Shown: in pieces, positions 55,055 through 63,381 of the stretch
Numbering within the stretch: the stretch's first letter is position 1
Layout of the letters: each line of letters opens with the position of its first letter
Assembly (NCBI GenBank): GCA_002712305.1
Contig: PATE01000062.1
Span: 1 to 63,381, forward strand
DNA length: 63,381 nucleotides
Direction of reading: 5' to 3'
From: Gemmatimonadota bacterium
Lineage (GTDB): Bacteria; Latescibacterota; UBA2968; UBA8231
Program-made: the position numbers and the translations under genes
Notes under the pieces: generated by a model
Databases searched by the model: none
What the model saw: the letters and a program-made list of their open reading frames with translations, nothing else
What the model was told of the DNA's origin: nothing

Positions 55055-57919
55055 TCACGTGAGCGTGTCTGGTGGTCCGGCTCTTTCATCGTCGTCAGAA
55101 GGTGGGGGTGGTTCCGACTCGGGATCGTCGTCGTCATCGTCGAAGGAGACCGGCTTGCGTTGGGCAAGATGCGACACGCCGATACTGATCTCGTAGAGCA
55201 CCATCAACGGCAAAGCCATCAACAGCTGCGAGATCGGATCTGGTGGCGTGAACACGGCAGCCACCAGGAAGATGCCGACAACGGCATAACGACGAACACG
55301 TCGTAGATAGTCTGGTGTCAGCAGCCCCAACCGCGACAGGAACAGACTGACCACGGGCATTTCAAAGACGACCCCGAAACCCAGCAGAAGGCGCAGGACG
55401 AATCCGATGTATTCGTCGACGGCCCATTGGGAGATCATGTCTGCCGGCTCAAGACTCAGGAAGAATCTCAAGCCCAGGGGCAGCACGATCTGGTGAGCGA
55501 CGGCAGCACCCAACAGAAAGCAGAAGACACTCAAGCCAATGATGGGCAGCACGAGTCGTCGTTCTCTGTTGAGCAGTCCAGGTGCAACGAATCGCCACAA
55601 CTGGTAGAAGACGATGGGTGATGCAAGGATCAGACCGCCCAGGAGGGCCACCTGCAGGCTGACGATGAACCAGGTCATCACACGCAAGGACTGTAGTTGA
55701 CGTCGATAGGGAAGGACCTGTTTTGAGTCCTCGCCCTCGCCTTCAACCGACGGAACGTCGGCTGAATCGACAACCGTAGTCCCCGATGATTCGCCAGATG
55801 ATTGGTCAACTGATTGGTCAGATGATTCTACCGGCGAGTCACTGACGCGAACCCTTAGTTCCTCCACCCAGAGGCGGATCGCCGTGGCCGGCCCCGGCGA
55901 GTTCTGTTGCTGAAGACTGATCACCGCCTGCTCATAGGGCTGCGTCAGCAAATGGAGCAATGGGTCGGCGTAGGCGAAACAAACGGCGGCACCCACGAGC
56001 AATGCCCCAATCGCCTTCAGCAGGCGCCAGCGCAACTCCTCGAGGTGGTCGAGAAAAGGTATTTCGCGGGCCGGTTCCGCATCCGACCGGCCATCGTCGA
56101 TAGCCATGTTGTCTTGTGAAATCAGAGTGTCATCCGTCGACGTAGAACCACCGTGTGCCGTGCGCCCACCATCGGAAGCGGGCGCGTAGAATCTCAGGGC
56201 GAACAGAGCCAGGACGCCAAGGGCCAGACAGATCTGTGCGAACCAGTCCCCATACCGCGTATAGAAGGTCGGCTCTGCGCCGTGCAAAGCAACGCTACCC
56301 ACATTCACCGCGGTGGTACCAAACTGTGTATGGGCTGTGCTGCGTCCGTAGGCGTCCACGAAGAGGCTGACTCCGTTGGTTGCACAACGGGCGATGGGGC
56401 GGCGATTCTCCACAGCGCGCATGGCGGCGATTTGCGCGTGTTGGAAGGGGCCGGAGGTCGCACCGAACCACGAGTCATTGGTGATGATCACGAGTAACTC
56501 GGCGCCCTGAGCCACGTGCCGGCGGACAAGATCCGGGAAGACCGACTCGAAGCACACAAGGGGACCGATCCACTTCCTGTGATTGCCCAGTGGGCGACCG
56601 GGATTTCCCGTGGGGCGATCGGAATCGCCCCTGATCGGGAAGAGAGTCCGCTTCTGACCCCTGGCAAACTGCGCCGGTGCCAGGTCTCCAGTCAGGGCGG
56701 TCCAGTCGATGTTCCGCAGTCCGGGAATCGCATCGAGATACGGTGTGCGCTCGCCAAAGGGAACCAGGTGCATCTTGGCATAGGTCAGCAGCGTATCGTG
56801 GTTCGGCTGCACGTAGTAGACGGCATTCAGGGGTTCGCCCCTGGCCTTGTCGATGCCGGGAGCGCCGGTCAGCACACGAACATCGAATTCGTCAGCCAGA
56901 GACTGGATGGAGCGACGGCACGAGGCGCGCTGGCTCAGATCACAAGGGACCGCCGTCTCCGGCCAGATCAGCAGATCGACGTGTTCTTTGCCCAGGGCCT
57001 CACGAGAGAGCGAATCGAGACTGTGAATGCTCTTCTGGAGGCCGCCCGGCCTCCACTTGACTCGACCCAGGTTGTTCTGAATCAGGCCGATTCCGACGGT
57101 CTCGCCCTCGTCTGTAAGTGCTTGCGACAGCATCCACCAGCCCGTCCCGTACAACGTGCCCACGATCATCACACCAGTGACACATCCCGGGATCCGCAGG
57201 CTGTTGTCGAGGATCGCCAGGCTGAGGCAAGCGCTCACGGCAACGACGGCAAAGCTGATCCCGTATACGCCGGTTAAGCTCGCCGCCTGAATGAGCGTCG
57301 GGACGTCCGCCTGGCTGTGACCGAGCAGGAGCCAGGGGAATCCCAACTGCCCCAGAGACATCAGATACTCGACTGCCGTCCACAGCACTGGCGCAGCGAG
57401 GACACCGCGTGTTCCCCACCTGCGGATGACGCCAAACTGTACCATCGCGAACAGGCCCGTGAACACCGCCAGGTAGGCGGCACCAAGACCGGTTCCAGCG
57501 ATGACGGCGGGGCCCCCGCCCTGCGTGTATCCCACCCAGTACAGGCAGATCAGGTTGCCCACAAAACCAGCGGTCCATCCACGTCGAAACGCTGAGGCCT
57601 TGCTCGTTGCCGAGTGTAAGACCAGCAGCAACGGGATCCATGCGATCCACGCCCACACCGGGTGGAAGAGGAAGGCCACAGCAAGATCCGGGTGGCAGGG
57701 GAAGGACAGACCAAACAGCAGTCCTGCCAACAGGCATAGAGCAGTGACAGGACGCAGGGTCTGACGGCGGAGGATGAGAAGTTGGTTGATCACGGTAGGG
57801 CGAATATATCCCCCCGCATCGGTGGGCGACAGATTGCCGTCGGAGGAATGGCGGGTTGGCACGCCACGTGCAATCTCACAGAGCTTGAGGCGAACCCTCT
57901 CTCCGACACGACCGATCAC
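55055..57919 (-). CDS. lnt-tatC: Single ORF encoding apolipoprotein N-acyltransferase (Lnt) fused in frame to Sec-independent translocase TatC
   Basis: 954 codons without a stop. The Lnt part (~56108-57800) has a multi-TM N-terminus, LLIWPETAVP, YAKMHLVPFGE, PLVCFESVFP and a final TM WFAQICLALGVLALFALRF. The TatC part (55055-56107) has IPFLDHLEELRWRLLKA, FYQLWRFVAPGLLNRERR and VFTPPDPISQ plus an acidic tail. The true 5' start is uncertain (a GTG at ~57795 is possible). Confidence 0.8.
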   Translation of the reverse strand: MIGRVGERVRLKLCEIARGVPTRHSSDGNLSPTDAGGYIRPTVINQLLILRRQTLRPVTALCLLAGLLFGLSFPCHPDLAVAFLFHPVWAWIAWIPLLLVLHSATSKASAFRRGWTAGFVGNLICLYWVGYTQGGGPAVIAGTGLGAAYLAVFTGLFAMVQFGVIRRWGTRGVLAAPVLWTAVEYLMSLGQLGFPWLLLGHSQADVPTLIQAASLTGVYGISFAVVAVSACLSLAILDNSLRIPGCVTGVMIVGTLYGTGWWMLSQALTDEGETVGIGLIQNNLGRVKWRPGGLQKSIHSLDSLSREALGKEHVDLLIWPETAVPCDLSQRASCRRSIQSLADEFDVRVLTGAPGIDKARGEPLNAVYYVQPNHDTLLTYAKMHLVPFGERTPYLDAIPGLRNIDWTALTGDLAPAQFARGQKRTLFPIRGDSDRPTGNPGRPLGNHRKWIGPLVCFESVFPDLVRRHVAQGAELLVIITNDSWFGATSGPFQHAQIAAMRAVENRRPIARCATNGVSLFVDAYGRSTAHTQFGTTAVNVGSVALHGAEPTFYTRYGDWFAQICLALGVLALFALRFYAPASDGGRTAHGGSTSTDDTLISQDNMAIDDGRSDAEPAREIPFLDHLEELRWRLLKAIGALLVGAAVCFAYADPLLHLLTQPYEQAVISLQQQNSPGPATAIRLWVEELRVRVSDSPVESSDQSVDQSSGESSGTTVVDSADVPSVEGEGEDSKQVLPYRRQLQSLRVMTWFIVSLQVALLGGLILASPIVFYQLWRFVAPGLLNRERRLVLPIIGLSVFCFLLGAAVAHQIVLPLGLRFFLSLEPADMISQWAVDEYIGFVLRLLLGFGVVFEMPVVSLFLSRLGLLTPDYLRRVRRYAVVGIFLVAAVFTPPDPISQLLMALPLMVLYEISIGVSHLAQRKPVSFDDDDDDPESEPPPPSDDDERAGPPDTLT

Positions 57920-58025
57920 TGTGTCGAAACGTTATCGCTGCCGTCTCCTTCTCGACTCAGCAACAACACTGGATGCAACCAACCTGGATCCAATTCCCTT
58001 GAATTCGACAACAGATGAGAGCCCG

Positions 58026-58712
58026 ATGATGAGCGCAGCCACTCCCCTCAGACCGACCCGTGCCTCAGAGGATCTTCCACGGGAGCGACTGGCTCGATGT
58101 GGTGCCTCGGCGCTCCGCGATGATGAATTGCTGGCGATCGTGTTGGGCACCGGCGTGCGCGGCACGACCGTCATGGACGTAGCAACATCGATCCTGCATC
58201 GTCATCCGGCAGAGGCGCTGGTGAGTCTTGAACTTGACGCCCTGCAGGACATCCGTGGATTGGGAAGGGCGAAGGCGGGAATCCTGGTCGCTGCCTTCGA
58301 ACTGGCCCGGCGTGGCCTGCGTCAGGGGTTGGGTGTGCTACCTTGCATCGGAGGGCCCGCAGATGCCCTGCCCCTGTTGACGGAGATCAAGGACCAACGC
58401 AAAGAGTTTTTCCTCTGTCTCTATCTCAATGCGCGCAATCAGGTGATCCATAAGGAGGTCGTCTCGATCGGATCTCTCAGCGCATCGATCGTCCACCCCC
58501 GTGAGGTCTTCCAGGTCGCCGTTGCCAAGTCGGCGGCCAGCATCGTGCTGGCTCACAATCATCCCTCTGGAGATGTCTCACCGAGCCGAGACGATGTCGA
58601 TGTCACGCGGCGCCTTCAGCGAGCCGGTGATATCATGGGTGTTGATATCCTCGATCACCTGATCATCGCCGCGGATCAGTTCCTCAGCCTAAAGGAACAG
58701 GGATACATGTGA
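58026..58712 (+). CDS. radC: RadC-family (JAB/MPN domain) protein
   Basis: 228 aa from ATG 58026 (the ORF track starts at 57774). LRDDELLAIVLGTG, GLGRAKAGILVAAFEL and the JAMM-like LAHNHPSGDVSPSRDD. Confidence 0.85.
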   Translation: MMSAATPLRPTRASEDLPRERLARCGASALRDDELLAIVLGTGVRGTTVMDVATSILHRHPAEALVSLELDALQDIRGLGRAKAGILVAAFELARRGLRQGLGVLPCIGGPADALPLLTEIKDQRKEFFLCLYLNARNQVIHKEVVSIGSLSASIVHPREVFQVAVAKSAASIVLAHNHPSGDVSPSRDDVDVTRRLQRAGDIMGVDILDHLIIAADQFLSLKEQGYM

Positions 58713-58792
58713 CTCACGCCCTTAGCTCACCTTGATTTGAGGAGTCGATCCGGTATATTTGTGGCAGCCGCAGCATACCTGCGGCAACGACT

Positions 58793-59536
58793 ATGCGCAA
58801 AGCGAAAAACGAACATCTCATCCCGGTACAGATCTGGCGGATCTATCCCTATCCAGATGTGACGCCGCCAGAAACCTTCCTCGTTGTCCTCAAAGGGGAG
58901 GAAGGGAAGTTCGTACCTATCTCGATCGGTTGCCCCGAAGGCCAGTATCTGGTCATGGCGATGCAGCAGGTCTCCTTTCCGAGACCCCTGACACACAACC
59001 TCATTCAGAATCTGCTCGACAAGGTCAAAGGAAAGGTCCATCAACTCGTCATCCACACCCTCAAGGATGAGACCTTCCATGCCTATCTGCTGATTCAGAC
59101 GCAGGATGAGGTCTTCTACCTCGATTGCCGACCAAGCGACGGCATGATTCTGGCCACGCTCATGAACATTCCGATCTTCATGAGCCCTGAGGTCATGGAG
59201 GAAGCGGGCCGCGAGTTGAACAGCATGCTCAACCTGAATGAACTGGGTGAGGAACTGTCCGGTGCCGATGAGGACGAGGCAGATTCAGAGGATGAGGAAG
59301 CCGAACTAGAGGCCACCATCGATGTCGTGGCCCCCGTCGTGGAGCCGCCCGAACCGGAAATGATTGAAGAAGAGGCCCTGCCTCTGCTCCCCGTGATCAG
59401 CGAAAGTGATGGCGAGCCCACTCGCATCGGCGCTTTGCGTGCGCAGCTCCATCGTCTGGTGGCCGAAGAGGCCTACGAGGAGGCTGCACGTGTCCGCGAT
59501 CTGATTACAGAACTCGAGGCCGATGGCGACGGCTGA
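58793..59536 (+). CDS. Bifunctional nuclease (BFN/DUF151) family protein with C-terminal UVR motif
   Basis: 247 aa. FVPISIGCPEGQYLVMAMQQVSFPRPLTHNL...CRPSDGMILA (BFN core), an acidic linker and LRAQLHRLVAEEAYEEAARVRDLITELE (UvrB/C-type motif). Confidence 0.75.
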   Translation: MRKAKNEHLIPVQIWRIYPYPDVTPPETFLVVLKGEEGKFVPISIGCPEGQYLVMAMQQVSFPRPLTHNLIQNLLDKVKGKVHQLVIHTLKDETFHAYLLIQTQDEVFYLDCRPSDGMILATLMNIPIFMSPEVMEEAGRELNSMLNLNELGEELSGADEDEADSEDEEAELEATIDVVAPVVEPPEPEMIEEEALPLLPVISESDGEPTRIGALRAQLHRLVAEEAYEEAARVRDLITELEADGDG

Positions 59537-59560
59537 TCGAATCGCGATCGCACCGAACAA

Positions 59561-59595
59561 AACAACCCGCCAACGATCTTCGTCGGCGGGTTGTT
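59561..59595. terminator. Hairpin terminator between convergent genes
   Basis: AACAACCCGCC (59561-59571) pairs with GGCGGGTTGTT (59585-59595). It is followed by GTCGTTCTGG on the plus strand and by TTGTTCGG on the minus strand. Confidence 0.7.
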
Positions 59596-59627
59596 GTCGT
59601 TCTGGTCAGTCGCCTCGTCGGTAGTGA

Positions 59628-60461
59628 CTAACGTTGTGCCAGTTGCCATTCGCGGCCGGGTGCGTCCACACGGAAGGTTTCCACGTTGCCCTCGTCCTGA
59701 AGCATCACATATGCCGTGCATCCATCTGGACCACCGAAGGCGATGTTACTCGGCAGCTTTCCCGTCAACTCGACCTCCAGTAAGACGTCGCCTGCCGGCG
59801 ACAACTTGGCAACCGTCCCCTTGCCGTGGCGGGTGACATAGAGATTGCCCTCCACGTCACAGCGCATGCCGTCCATGCTGAAATCGGGAAACTGAATGAG
59901 TAGGCGTTTGTTGGTCACGGCGCCGGCCTGCAGGTCATAAACCCACACATTCTTCTGGTTCGATTCATTGACATACAACAGATCTTCACCCGGGGAGACT
60001 TCGATTCCATTGGTGGTGCCCATATCCGCTTCCAGCAGGTGGACACTGCCATCTGTTTCGACACGCCACATCTGCCCCGTCGACGCTGACCAGTTCGGGT
60101 CGCTCGCGTAGATGACATCGTCGGCGCCGATGGCGATATCGTTGGGTTGATTCATCGAGGGCTCGTGGGCGAAGACCTCGATCTGTCTCGTCGACATATC
60201 CACGCGCAGAACGTTGTGTCCTGTGTAGTCGGCAATATACATGCGTCCCGCCGAGTCAAATCGGATGCCATTGCCCGTGCTGCTTTCGGGGAGTTCGAGG
60301 AAGAGGCTGCACTCCCCATCGGGTGTCACCCGTCCGATTGTGTGTTCCCGCTCGAAGTTGACGGCATAGAGATTCCCGTCACCATCACACCCCGGCCCTT
60401 CAATGCCGCGAGTGAATCCACCTCGCTCGGTGAAAACGCGGCTCACATACGCTTCGCTCAT
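59628..60461 (-). CDS. SMP-30/gluconolactonase/LRE-family beta-propeller protein
   Basis: 277 aa from ATG 60461 (the ORF track extends to 60524). EGPGCDGDGNLYAV, GNGIRFDSAGRMYIADY, PNDIAIGADDVIYASDP and TNGIEVSPGEDLLYVNES repeats. Confidence 0.8.
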   Translation of the reverse strand: MSEAYVSRVFTERGGFTRGIEGPGCDGDGNLYAVNFEREHTIGRVTPDGECSLFLELPESSTGNGIRFDSAGRMYIADYTGHNVLRVDMSTRQIEVFAHEPSMNQPNDIAIGADDVIYASDPNWSASTGQMWRVETDGSVHLLEADMGTTNGIEVSPGEDLLYVNESNQKNVWVYDLQAGAVTNKRLLIQFPDFSMDGMRCDVEGNLYVTRHGKGTVAKLSPAGDVLLEVELTGKLPSNIAFGGPDGCTAYVMLQDEGNVETFRVDAPGREWQLAQR

Positions 60462-60581
60462 CTTTGACTCCGATCTTTCGCGTGCAGTTGCCTGGCTTTC
60501 AACGGCCGGATACAATAGGACCAACCCAACCTGAAGATGCCAAACGAACTTGATTCATCACTTGCCTAGGAGATGTGTGTC

Positions 60582-61037
60582 ATGCGAGGTCTGATTCTGA
60601 CGCTGGCCGCCGGCGTCGTACTTGTCGCTGGTACCCGTGCTGAAGCACACTGCGAGATTCCTTGTGGAATCTACGGTGACGAGCTGCGATTTTCGATGCT
60701 GCAGGAAGACATCACGACGATCGAGAAATCGATGAAAAAGATCGTCGAATTGGCGGCCGATCCTGCCGAGAATGCGAATCAGATCGGTCGTTGGGTGCTC
60801 AACAAAGAGCAACATGCCGATCACATCCGGGAGATCGTGACACAGTACTTCATGACGCAGAGAATCAAGCTGCCAGATGAGGGTGACAAGGCCGCCGTCG
60901 CTGCCTACACCGAACGTCTTACGTTGCTGCACAAGATGCTCGTGTACGCCATGAAGAGCAAGCAGACGACGGACACCATGTGGACTCAGAAGTTGCATGA
61001 AACTGTGCATGTCTTCGAGGACGCCTACAAGAACTAG
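60582..61037 (+). CDS. sodN: Nickel superoxide dismutase (NiSOD) precursor with Sec-type signal-peptide-like leader
   Basis: The Ni-hook motif HCEIPCGIYGD starts at 60648, immediately after MRGLILTLAAGVVLVAGTRAEA. The downstream ...NKEQHADHIREIV... fits NiSOD. AGGAG lies 9 nt before ATG 60582; the ORF track starts at 60573. Confidence 0.85.
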   Translation: MRGLILTLAAGVVLVAGTRAEAHCEIPCGIYGDELRFSMLQEDITTIEKSMKKIVELAADPAENANQIGRWVLNKEQHADHIREIVTQYFMTQRIKLPDEGDKAAVAAYTERLTLLHKMLVYAMKSKQTTDTMWTQKLHETVHVFEDAYKN

Positions 61038-61059
61038 GCGTCTTCAGCCACGTCCCAGT

Positions 61060-61110
61060 GGTCCTTCTCCGTCTGTTAGACCGGGGGAGGACCCGTTGTT
61101 GTTGGTGTGG
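61060..61110 (+). terminator. Rho-independent terminator of sodN
   Basis: GGTCCTTCTCC (61060-61070) pairs with GGGGGAGGACC (61083-61093), with two G-U pairs. The inner GTCT/AGAC also pairs. It is followed by CGTTGTTGTTGGTGTGG. Confidence 0.65.
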
Positions 61111-61196
61111 TCGCTGGGCTTTGGCTAGGTAGATCTGCGCCAGGGCGCATGCTGGGACCATCATCGGCGTAGAGGTTACCGCGCTACTGTCAATCG

Positions 61197-62132
61197 CTAC
61201 AGGCGTCGACTCAGGGATACTCGATGCACATCGCCCAGATCTGGGAAGGAGGAGAAGGCGTAGTCGACGCGATAGCTCCTCAGCTCGAGGCCGCCTCCGG
61301 CGGACAACCCGAGTGTCTCGTCTCCCGCACTGCCACCCTGCTGCAGGCTGTACCCGGGCCGCAAGGTCAGACCTCCTCCGAACTCAATCTCGGCGCCGAA
61401 TGTGGCGTACGCGTCGTTGTCGTTCGGGACGGTGAAATCAGCCACGATCAGCAACGGCACCGGAAAGTGTGCGGGACGGTGAGCGATCCCGGCCCGAAGC
61501 AGAACGGGCAGCGAGTCATCAAACCCATCGGTGTAGCCACTATAGACAGAACCGAGGTTGGCAATGGACGCACCCAGCGTCATTCCCTCCAGGGGGCCCA
61601 TGAACAGAAGGCCGAGATCGAAGGCCAATGCGGCGGCGGAGTAGTCGTCGATACTGGAGTGGATGGATTTGATGCTGCCACCGGCCGACAGGCGGCCACC
61701 AAACAGTGACTGGGTTGCTGTGACGGCGGCGGCCAGGTCGCTCGCACTGAACGTACCCAGATCCTGCCCATCGGCATCGGTTCGATGAAGGTCGCCGTAG
61801 TTGAAGTAGTTCACACTCACGCCAAAGGTGCGATCGCCACCAGGCATGGCAAAACTGAGAAAGCCCGCCTCCGTATCCACGAGATAGCTGGTGTAGGCAA
61901 GCGAGGCTGTGCGCGCCTGCAGTCCATGAAGCCCGGCTGGGTTCCACGCAGGTGCTTCGATATCGCTGCGAATCGCCGTAAAGGCGCCGCCCAGGCCCGC
62001 GGCACGGGCGCCGACGCCAACCTTGAGGAAACTGAAACCCGTCGTGCCGGCGCTGTCATTGATTGCGTGAACGTTCTGTGACAACAATGCGCTCAGGGCG
62101 ACAGCCAGGAGGGTGATACGTGGCATCCTCAT
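61197..62132 (-). CDS. PorV/PorQ-family type IX secretion outer-membrane beta-barrel protein
   Basis: 311 aa from ATG 62132 (the ORF track extends to 62285). Signal peptide MRMPRITLLAVALSALLSQNVHA, then GTTGFSFLKVGVGARAAGLGGAFTAIRSDIEAPAWNPAGL, the hallmark N-terminal block of PorV-like proteins. Confidence 0.7.
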   Translation of the reverse strand: MRMPRITLLAVALSALLSQNVHAINDSAGTTGFSFLKVGVGARAAGLGGAFTAIRSDIEAPAWNPAGLHGLQARTASLAYTSYLVDTEAGFLSFAMPGGDRTFGVSVNYFNYGDLHRTDADGQDLGTFSASDLAAAVTATQSLFGGRLSAGGSIKSIHSSIDDYSAAALAFDLGLLFMGPLEGMTLGASIANLGSVYSGYTDGFDDSLPVLLRAGIAHRPAHFPVPLLIVADFTVPNDNDAYATFGAEIEFGGGLTLRPGYSLQQGGSAGDETLGLSAGGGLELRSYRVDYAFSSFPDLGDVHRVSLSRRL

Positions 62133-62163
62133 CGATTCTATCCAGTCGGAGCCGAAGCTCGAT

Positions 62164-63381
62164 TCAAGCGGTCTGTTCAATGTGATGGGCGGCACGAAGC
62201 AGCGTTTCCTCCGCGAAGGCAGGGGCCAGCAGTTGAGCACCGATGGGCAGGCCGTTCTGGGCGGTTGCCACGGGCACTGATACACCGGGAAGCCCAGCGA
62301 GATTCGCTGTCACCGTGTAGATGTCATTCAGATACATCTGCAGCGGGTCGTCGATCTTGTCTCCCAGGCAGAACGCCGTCGTCGGTGAGACGGGCCCCAG
62401 CAACAGGTCACAATCGGTGAAGGCGCGGGAGAAATCTTCGCGAATCAAGGTTCTGACCTTTTGCGCCTTGAGATAATACGCATCGTAGTACCCGGCGCTG
62501 AGTACGTACGTTCCGAGCATGATTCGGCGTTTGACCTCATCCCCAAAGCCTTCACTGCGGCTTTGATGGTACATCTGCTGCAGGTCGGATGCCTCGCCAG
62601 AGCGATAACCGAAACGGACACCGTCATAACGAGACAGGTTCGCCGACGCCTCTGCAGTGGCGACCACATAGTATGCACCGATGCAGTATTCGGCATGTCC
62701 TGCCACGGGCAGTGAGACGTTCTGCAGTTTTGCTCCTGCCGATTCCAGTCGACTCGCCGTTGCCTCGATCGCAGCGGCCGTCTCTGCGTCGAGACCTTCG
62801 CCAAAGAACTGCTCCGGCAGTCCGATGGTTAGACCCCCGACCCCCGCTCGAAGTTTCTGGCAATAATCAGGTACTTCCACATCCGCGCTGGTTGCATCTG
62901 AGGCATCATGCCCCGAGATCACACCCAAAAGCAGGGCAGCATCCTCCACATCCTTGGTCAGGGGGCCGATCTGGTCGAGGGAACTGGCAAAGGCAACCAG
63001 TCCGTAACGAGAGACACGGCCATAGGTCGGTTTCAGTCCGACGATGCCGCAGTATCCAGCGGGCTGGCGCACGGAGCCTCCCGTATCAGATCCCAGCGCT
63101 GCGATCGCCGTGTCTGCGGCGACGGCGGCGGCGGAGCCACCACTGCTTCCGCCAGGAACTCGGTCGAGATCGCGAGGATTCCGGGTCGGGCCGAAATGGG
63201 AGTTTTCATTCGACGAGCCCATGGCGAACTCGTCCATATTCGTCTTGCCCAACAGGACGGCATCCGCCGCACGGAGTTTGGCGACAGCCGTCGCATCGTA
63301 CGGAGCGACATAGTCGGCGAGGATTCGCGAACCGCACGTCGTGCGACCACCGCGAACACACATCACATCTTTGATGGCTAT
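62164..63381 (-). CDS. gatA: Glutamyl-tRNA(Gln)/aspartyl-tRNA(Asn) amidotransferase subunit A, 5' end outside window
   Basis: The frame is open to the window edge ([21 protein letters not shown]...). [13 protein letters not shown] and the amidase signature [12 protein letters not shown]...[12 protein letters not shown] are present. Confidence 0.9.
   Translation of the reverse strand: MAIKDVMCVRGGRTTCGSRILADYVAPYDATAVAKLRAADAVLLGKTNMDEFAMGSSNENSHFGPTRNPRDLDRVPGGSSGGSAAAVAADTAIAALGSDTGGSVRQPAGYCGIVGLKPTYGRVSRYGLVAFASSLDQIGPLTKDVEDAALLLGVISGHDASDATSADVEVPDYCQKLRAGVGGLTIGLPEQFFGEGLDAETAAAIEATASRLESAGAKLQNVSLPVAGHAEYCIGAYYVVATAEASANLSRYDGVRFGYRSGEASDLQQMYHQSRSEGFGDEVKRRIMLGTYVLSAGYYDAYYLKAQKVRTLIREDFSRAFTDCDLLLGPVSPTTAFCLGDKIDDPLQMYLNDIYTVTANLAGLPGVSVPVATAQNGLPIGAQLLAPAFAEETLLRAAHHIEQTA

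Noticed and set aside
1-63381. I looked for CRISPR arrays, tRNA/rRNA genes, transposases, integrases, prophage or defence-system genes.
   Set aside because: I saw no spaced identical repeats, no cloverleaf-like segments in the intergenic regions I inspected, and no recombinase, nuclease-helicase or NTPase combinations typical of defence islands. I cannot run tRNA or CRISPR scanners, so short RNA genes could have been missed.

Overview
This is a 63.4-kb high-GC (roughly 60%) bacterial chromosomal segment. It holds about 55 apparently intact protein-coding genes and about 10 decayed genes. I recognised no rRNA, tRNA, CRISPR array, transposase or integrase. The gene content fits a heterotroph that works on sulfated or complex organics in the cytoplasm. 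It includes three sulfatase genes (one a 5'-truncated remnant), six PhyH-family 2OG/Fe(II) dioxygenase paralogs, and Gfo/Idh/MocA, SDR and HIBADH-type dehydrogenases. It also has an enolase-superfamily + amidohydrolase_2 pair, a CocE/NonD hydrolase and a Kelch propeller. Housekeeping genes include a DEAD-box helicase, ettA, a gatA fragment, manA plus a mannose-1-P guanylyltransferase, radC, Ni-SOD and an isolated fliG. Envelope genes include a PorV-like T9SS barrel, a T9SS sorting-domain remnant and lnt-tatC. The T9SS markers hint at an FCB-group-like lineage, but taxonomy cannot be settled from this window. Four things stand out. (1) Apolipoprotein N-acyltransferase and TatC are encoded as one uninterrupted 954-codon ORF. 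(2) Two paralogous ~610-630-aa proteins of a family I do not recognise are each translationally coupled to a small enzyme gene, and together they bracket a sulfatase. (3) A three-gene overlapping operon encodes a membrane-anchor protein, a coiled-coil tail-anchored protein and an OM beta-barrel; the last two share a small beta-domain, which makes this a candidate undescribed trans-envelope module. (4) Gene decay is unusually dense. kefF-kefC carries three nonsense codons, at least four frameshifts and an N-terminal deletion. A dapA-like gene carries a 20-bp tandem duplication. ppx, a DUF922-like lipoprotein gene, an OM barrel gene and a T9SS cargo gene are also disrupted. All family assignments come from motif recognition by eye; no searches were run.
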